Source: Pseudomonadales bacterium
GTDB lineage: Bacteria; Pseudomonadota; Gammaproteobacteria; Pseudomonadales; JAHRWD01
Length of the DNA stretch: 64,000 nt
Reading direction: 5' to 3'
NCBI GenBank assembly: GCA_019090315.1
Contig: JAHRWD010000032.1
Coordinates: forward strand, 4,870 to 68,869
This document shows positions 58,555-64,000 of the stretch, piece by piece. The first letter of the stretch is position 1. Each line of letters begins with the position of its first letter. Below the pieces are notes generated by a model. The model saw only the letters and a list, made by a program, of their open reading frames with translations, searched no databases and was not told the DNA's origin. Made by a program: the position numbers and the translations under genes.

Positions 58555-60198
58555 CTAGAGGTTTGAAATTTTATTTTTCAGTTTTTGATAGTGTCCAAAC
58601 AGGCGATGATCTTCTGGAATATGATCAATTTTTTTCAGGCTGGATCTGCAAAAATTTTCGGCTTCTGAATCCAGACCGTTGCCTCCACGGTCCTTTATCA
58701 ATGCAAAAACCATATTAATATTGAGGGCTATGTTATTCGGAAATATATCCAGACCACGGGAAAAAAAGTCAGCAGCTTGCTTATAATTTTTTGCATCGAA
58801 GAGTATTTTTCCCTCCTTGTTCAATTTTATCGCTTTCGATTTACCGGCTTTGCTGATCGGCTCATCTGAAAGCATATCCAGCTTTTCTGCCATCCTGGCA
58901 TCACAGGCTGATAATGTAGCAATCTCTTTTAGAATCCCCTGCGCCTGATCGTTTTCACCCAATGCCAACATTGATTTGGCTACCTCCAGCATTAATTCTG
59001 GTGAAGCCTGCTGGCCTGGATCAAAAACAATTTTCTGATAAAGGGAATCTGCTTTATCCATGGTTTGTTGTGCTTTTTCGCGCTGGCTACTACTAGCGTA
59101 AACCTGCGTTTCAACCAGGATTGCCTGTAGAGCCACCTGAGAATCGTTCGGGTATCGACGCCCCAATTTTTTGAGGGTTGTCGTCGCTTCATCAAGTTGT
59201 TTTTTATCATGGGTGCCTGTCTTTTCCATTTGCGATGAAATGGAACGAGCGTAACCAAGATAGTTTTCAGGCTCCTCGTAACAGGAGTGTGGACTGAGTT
59301 TTACAACCGAACGATGAGCCTTGACTGCTTTATCCATATCGCCGCAGCGTTCCGATAGATCGGCGTAGGATTGTTGACGCAAAATGGTCAACGGCGAAAT
59401 ATCCAGCGCCTGTTCAACCACCTCCAGCGCCTCCTGGTTTTTCTCTTTCTGCTGTAAAATCTCCGCAAGACAATCGTAGACCTCCATACAGTTACAGTTG
59501 TCTGCGATCAATTTTCGAAATATAACCTCTGCGGAATCAAGCTCTCCCTGGAGCAGCAAGACTTTGCCCAGACCAATAGTTGCCCACTCAATAGGTCGCT
59601 CGGCAATTACCTGTTTATACAGTACGCAGGCATCGCTGTAGCGTTGAGTCGAGACATACAGGCCAGCCAATTTTCTATTCAACAAGCTTTTGTATTTGCT
59701 TCCCTCGCCCAGCTGTTTGATACAAAGCTGAATACCTTTACCATACTGTTCGTTATCGGTCGCCTGATTGATTTCACGTATCGATTCCTTCTCCAGCATG
59801 ATTCTGTCAAGCCGGCTGCGAAGGGCATTTTGGGTAAAGGGTTTTGTGATGTAACCGTCGGGCTGATATTCCAACGCACTGAATACCATATCCCGCGTCG
59901 CTTCAGCGGTGATCATGATGTACAGGCTGGTGTTCTTTAATGCATTTTTGTACCGCAGTTCTTCAAGAATCTGTTGGCCATTCTTACTGGCGTCACCAAG
60001 ATTGTAATCTGCAAAAATAATGTCGTAGTCGTTACGTTCACACTGTTTAAGAGCTTCCTCGCCGTTGGCTGCGGTATCGACGGAGTCCGCACCAAACACC
60101 ATGACTGCCTGACGGATAAAGCCCCGCATCTCAGGGAAGTCATCGATCACCAGACATTTTTTGGCGGCGTACATTTTGATGATGTCGATTTGTCGCAT
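58555..60198 (-). CDS. Response regulator with TPR repeats
   Basis: REC (VIDDF, FADYNLG, ITAE, YITKPF) followed by TPR-like helical repeats; start placed at ATG 60198. Confidence 0.87.
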   Translation of the reverse strand: MRQIDIIKMYAAKKCLVIDDFPEMRGFIRQAVMVFGADSVDTAANGEEALKQCERNDYDIIFADYNLGDASKNGQQILEELRYKNALKNTSLYIMITAEATRDMVFSALEYQPDGYITKPFTQNALRSRLDRIMLEKESIREINQATDNEQYGKGIQLCIKQLGEGSKYKSLLNRKLAGLYVSTQRYSDACVLYKQVIAERPIEWATIGLGKVLLLQGELDSAEVIFRKLIADNCNCMEVYDCLAEILQQKEKNQEALEVVEQALDISPLTILRQQSYADLSERCGDMDKAVKAHRSVVKLSPHSCYEEPENYLGYARSISSQMEKTGTHDKKQLDEATTTLKKLGRRYPNDSQVALQAILVETQVYASSSQREKAQQTMDKADSLYQKIVFDPGQQASPELMLEVAKSMLALGENDQAQGILKEIATLSACDARMAEKLDMLSDEPISKAGKSKAIKLNKEGKILFDAKNYKQAADFFSRGLDIFPNNIALNINMVFALIKDRGGNGLDSEAENFCRSSLKKIDHIPEDHRLFGHYQKLKNKISNL

Positions 60199-60355
60199 AT
60201 ACAGTTCGTCACACACGGGAAAGAGTAGATAGCAGCTGACCGGGGCAAACCCCGCAGACTCTATTAATACTAGTTGCTTTCCAGGAGCCCGACCGTGAGA
60301 TTTGCTCTTTTAACCACCGGACTGTGTTGTGTAACACCCCACTAACGGGGGATCT

Positions 60356-61951
60356 CTATATTTGCTGATTAAAACTTCCGGCGCTGGACTGATCCAGTTC
60401 GAATTCAAACGAATCCGGGTAGGGAGTGTTGAGCAGGCAACCGGGTTCAAGTTGAGGGAAGATCTGATCGTATCGAGCCGTTTCAGTTGTGCTAATGCGT
60501 CGATGTATGTGTGATCTGTTCAACTGCGCTGCCTCGCTGATACCCGCAGCAGAAAACAGCTCGGCTACAGATTTCATGGTCTGGTGATGGAAGTTGGCAA
60601 CCCGTTGTTTTTTATCCATCACATCAAGCCCTTTAACCAGAGAGGGGTTTTGGGTGGCTATTCCGGTCGGGCAGCTATTTTTGTTGCATTCCAGCGATTG
60701 AATGCAGCCCAACGCCAGCATCATGCCCCGGGCGCTATTGCACAGGTCTGCACCCAGCGCCATATTTTTGATCATATGATAACCAGTCAGTATTTTGCCG
60801 CTGGCGATCACCCGAATGTCATTTTTAAGATCGAATCCGACCAGGCAATCCACCACAAATGCCACCGCCTCCCGCAGCGGCATACCCACTGAGTTGGCGT
60901 ATTCCAACGGAGCCGCACCGGTACCGCCTTCGCCGCCATCCACCGATATAAAATCCGGCTGAATTCCGGTTTCAATCATCGCTTTACAGATTGCGACAAA
61001 TTCACTGCGACGGCCAACACAGAGCTTGAAGCCCACCGGCTTGCCGCCAGACAGAACACGCAGTTCCTGTACGAATTCAAGCAGTTCAATCGGAGTGGAA
61101 AATTGGCTATGGGTTGCGGGGGAGTTAACCTGAATATGAGGCTCCAGCATACGGATCGCGGCAATTTCAGCACTATTTTTGCTGGCGGGCAAAATTCCAC
61201 CGTGGCCGGGTTTGGCACCCTGAGATAGTTTTATCTCGATCATTTTTACCTGGGCGAGCTGAGCATTTTTAGTGAAGCTATCGGGGCAAAATTGCCCGTC
61301 GGCGGTGCGGCAACCAAAATAACCAGTGCCAACTTGCCAGACTAAATCACCACCGGGCTGCTGATGATAAGGACTTATCGAACCCTCGCCGGTATTGTGG
61401 GAAAAACCGCCAATAGCCGCGCCACTATTTAGTGCCTGAATTGCCCGACTACTGAGGGCTCCAAAACTCATGGCAGAAATATTCAGCAAACTCGCGCTGT
61501 AGGGCTTATCACATTGTGGGCCGCCGATTTTTACCCGCAGGTCTGGATTAATGCTGTGATCCGGAAGCGCTGCCAGTGAATGATCCATCCATTCGTAACC
61601 AATGCGATACACATCAACCTTGGTGCCCAGCGGAATCGTATCGGACTCCCCCTTGGCGCGCTGATACACCACCGAACGGAACATTCGATTAAGCGGTACA
61701 CCGCCGGTTTCAGATTCAATAAAATACTGGTGAATGGGTACCCTTAATTTCTCAAGCATCCAGCGGAAATGACCAATCACTGGGAAATTCCGCTGAACCG
61801 AATGGCGGGGCTGAAAAATATCGTAGGCACCCAGCGCTATCACTGGAATCACAAACAGCAAAGCCCAGTGTATCGAAGGCCAAAAAGAACCTAAAACCAA
61901 CAAACAGACCAACAACAGCGCTGAAATGACAATAAATGGCTTACGCATCAC
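60356..61951 (-). CDS. Stand-alone FMN-binding glutamate synthase family protein
   Basis: N-terminal TMs, ISAMSFGALS, HNTGEG, EIKLSQGAKPGHGG, DGGEGGTGAAP and 3Fe-4S-type CIQSLEC...CP. Confidence 0.9.
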   Translation of the reverse strand: MMRKPFIVISALLLVCLLVLGSFWPSIHWALLFVIPVIALGAYDIFQPRHSVQRNFPVIGHFRWMLEKLRVPIHQYFIESETGGVPLNRMFRSVVYQRAKGESDTIPLGTKVDVYRIGYEWMDHSLAALPDHSINPDLRVKIGGPQCDKPYSASLLNISAMSFGALSSRAIQALNSGAAIGGFSHNTGEGSISPYHQQPGGDLVWQVGTGYFGCRTADGQFCPDSFTKNAQLAQVKMIEIKLSQGAKPGHGGILPASKNSAEIAAIRMLEPHIQVNSPATHSQFSTPIELLEFVQELRVLSGGKPVGFKLCVGRRSEFVAICKAMIETGIQPDFISVDGGEGGTGAAPLEYANSVGMPLREAVAFVVDCLVGFDLKNDIRVIASGKILTGYHMIKNMALGADLCNSARGMMLALGCIQSLECNKNSCPTGIATQNPSLVKGLDVMDKKQRVANFHHQTMKSVAELFSAAGISEAAQLNRSHIHRRISTTETARYDQIFPQLEPGCLLNTPYPDSFEFELDQSSAGSFNQQI

Positions 61952-62105
61952 AAATTGAATCCTGTCAAAATTAGAATCATATCGAACTGGGAGAGCTTTG
62001 TACCAACCGCTTTATCAATCCAACGGGAAATCGGCTCAATTTACGTGAACAAACAGGCCAAAAAATGTAGAATGCGGCGCTCAAATATCAGGTGTGCAGA
62101 GCAGC

Positions 62106-63188
62106 ATGGGAAGTAAAACAATTTTATACGCCACGCATCTTGAAGCGGGCGGCAAGATCGTCGATTTTGGCGGCTGGGATATGCCTTTGCACTACGGTTC
62201 CCAGATTGAGGAGCACAATCAGGTTCGCCAATCCGCAGGCATGTTTGATGTGTCTCATATGACGATTGTCGATATTGAAGGAGCTCAGGCAAAACCTTAC
62301 CTTCAGCGACTACTGGCCAACGATGTCAACCGATTAGACTCGCCTGGCCGAGCCCTCTATACCCCCATGCTAAACGAGCAGGGGGGCATTATCGATGACC
62401 TGATTGTCTACCTCACCGACAGCGGCTACCGACTGGTAGTGAACTGTGCCACCCGTGAAAAAGATCTGGCCTGGATGCAGGAGCAGAGCAAAGGGTTCGA
62501 CGTAAATATCATCGAACAACCCGAATTGGCAATTATCGCAGTGCAGGGCCCCGACTCACTGCGTAAACTGATCTCCGCACTGGATCCGGAAAAATCTGCA
62601 TTGGTCGCTCGGCTAAAAACCTTCCAGGGCCTTTCGGTTGGCAGCTGGTTTATTGGCCGCACCGGATATACCGGCGAAGACGGAGTAGAAATAATTTTGC
62701 CGCAAGATGAAGCCGTCGATCTTTGGCATACCTTGATTGATACGGGTGTAGCTCCCACAGGATTGGCTGCCCGTGACACATTAAGACTGGAAGCCGGACT
62801 TAATCTCTACGGCTCGGATATGGATGAAACCATCAATCCCCTGGAAGCCAATATGGCCTGGACTGTCGCGTGGAAGCCTGAAGAGCGCAATTTTATCGGC
62901 CGTAGCGCACTGGAAAAGATTCGCACCAACCAAACCCAACGCTACAAATTGATGGGTTTGGTACTGACCGAGCGCGGCGTTTTACGCGGCCATCAAAAAG
63001 TAATCACCGACCAAGGAGAAGGGGAGATCACCAGCGGCACCTTTTCACCCACCCTCGGCTACTCCGTTGCTTTTGCACGGGTTCCGGTCGATGCAGAAGA
63101 AAATTGCAAGGTAGAGATACGCAACAAGCTGATTGAGGTTAAAATGGTCAAATTGCCATTTGTACGTCACGGCAAACAAGTATTTTAA
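62106..63188 (+). CDS. gcvT: Glycine cleavage system aminomethyltransferase T
   Basis: [22 protein letters not shown] and [13 protein letters not shown]; start at ATG 62106. Confidence 0.97.
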   Translation: MGSKTILYATHLEAGGKIVDFGGWDMPLHYGSQIEEHNQVRQSAGMFDVSHMTIVDIEGAQAKPYLQRLLANDVNRLDSPGRALYTPMLNEQGGIIDDLIVYLTDSGYRLVVNCATREKDLAWMQEQSKGFDVNIIEQPELAIIAVQGPDSLRKLISALDPEKSALVARLKTFQGLSVGSWFIGRTGYTGEDGVEIILPQDEAVDLWHTLIDTGVAPTGLAARDTLRLEAGLNLYGSDMDETINPLEANMAWTVAWKPEERNFIGRSALEKIRTNQTQRYKLMGLVLTERGVLRGHQKVITDQGEGEITSGTFSPTLGYSVAFARVPVDAEENCKVEIRNKLIEVKMVKLPFVRHGKQVF

Positions 63189-63244
63189 GACGCGTAGCAA
63201 CCCACTTTAACGCGCACTACAACGGCCAACCAGAGGAACCTCCC

Positions 63245-63640
63245 ATGAGTAATCTGCCAGAAAACATCAAATATCAAGCCACTCACGAATGGGCACGGCT
63301 TGAGGAAGACGGCACCGTAACCGTTGGTATTACCGATCATGCGCAGGATCAACTGGGTGATGTGGTTTATGTCGAAGTACCGGAAAAAGGCACCGAATGT
63401 TCAGCTGGAGATGAAGTGTCTGTAGTTGAATCGGTTAAGGCAGCTTCGGATATCTACGCACCGGTCAGCGGTGAAGTAATTGCGGTCAATACTGGGCTGG
63501 ACACCAAACCCGAACTAGTCAATTCCGACCCCTATGGCGAGGGCTGGTTTTTCAAGATCCAGCCTACCGATGTTTCCGAACTCGAAGCTATGCTCGATGC
63601 AGCTGGCTACCAGGCCACTGTTGATGCCGACGCTGAATAA
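63245..63640 (+). CDS. gcvH: Glycine cleavage system H protein
   Basis: [15 protein letters not shown], lipoyl site VESVKAASD and DPYGEGW. Confidence 0.97.
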   Translation: MSNLPENIKYQATHEWARLEEDGTVTVGITDHAQDQLGDVVYVEVPEKGTECSAGDEVSVVESVKAASDIYAPVSGEVIAVNTGLDTKPELVNSDPYGEGWFFKIQPTDVSELEAMLDAAGYQATVDADAE

Positions 63641-63720
63641 ACACCCCGTCTAACACCGCTAAAATCTGACCTACTCAGGCCAGATCAGCCTTTCGAACGA
63701 ACCGCCCGCGGAGGGCTTAA

Positions 63721-64000
63721 GTGCCTTTTATCCCCCACACTGAACAAGAGATCGCCGAGATGCTCGGCGTGATTGGCGTACAGCAGATCGATGATCTGTT
63801 CGATGAAGTGCCTGCTGAAATCCAGGCCCCTCCCCTCAATGGCATTCAGCCCGGCATCAACGAAATGCAGATGCTGCGGCACCTGCGGGAGCGCGCAGCG
63901 CAGGATGACAACGTGCTCTGCTTTACCGGAGCCGGTGCATACCAGCACCATATTCCCGCGGCGGTATGGGATATCACCAGCCGCGGCGAATTCATGACCG
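63721..64000 (+). CDS. gcvPA: Glycine dehydrogenase subunit 1 (split P protein), 5' partial
   Basis: Not in the ORF track. GTG after a GGAGG RBS reads MPFIPHTEQEIAEMLGVIGVQQIDDLFDEVP...FTGAGAYQHHIPAAVWDITSRGEFMT, the GcvPA N-terminus. Confidence 0.9.
   Translation, partial: MPFIPHTEQEIAEMLGVIGVQQIDDLFDEVPAEIQAPPLNGIQPGINEMQMLRHLRERAAQDDNVLCFTGAGAYQHHIPAAVWDITSRGEFMT

Noticed and set aside
60241-60254. GGCAAACC as a c-di-GMP-I riboswitch signature
   Set aside because: It is only a short CGGGG-CAAA-CCCCG hairpin, antisense to the downstream gene, and lacks the rest of the motif.
61952-62105. Glycine riboswitch upstream of gcvT
   Set aside because: GGAGAG is present but the CCGAAG and stem architecture are not; a TAGAAT -10 box at 62068-62073 implies a short leader.
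1-64000. CRISPR array, rRNA, prophage or autonomous IS element
   Set aside because: No regularly spaced repeats, rRNA-like stretches, phage genes, transposases or integrases were seen.

Overview
A 64-kb chromosomal window from a gammaproteobacterium. Gene content (psd-HDOD-rsgA-orn, PP0621-pilS-pilR-thiO, cysZ, lrgAB-dsbB) resembles Pseudomonadales/Oceanospirillales-type marine bacteria; this placement is an inference. Most of the window is core genome: mutM, psd, rsgA, orn, rpoD plus tRNA-Ile2(CAT), ribF-ileS-lspA-fkpB-ispH, nadE, pilSR, a minor type IV pilin cluster, hemN, rhlB, cysZ, ispB and gcvT-gcvH-gcvPA. Interspersed are a MarR-EmrAB efflux operon, catabolic enzymes, four unusual receiver-domain signalling modules, a stand-alone arsM, a BrnT/BrnA toxin-antitoxin pair and several AT-rich orphan genes. 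I found no transposase, integrase, CRISPR array, rRNA or prophage. The most striking unannotated signal is non-coding. Two MITE-like elements with GAGACC...GGTCTC ends are each flanked by a perfect 5-bp target-site duplication, and together they carry three nested 22-32 bp 'CCAA...AGGC' micro-insertions. Other notable signals are a solitary integron-cassette-like gene fused to the end of ispH, a probably leaderless, operator-covered brnT promoter, and LytTR/AlgR-like repeats in the divergent pilV/fimT promoter. All calls come from reading motifs by eye; no searches were run.
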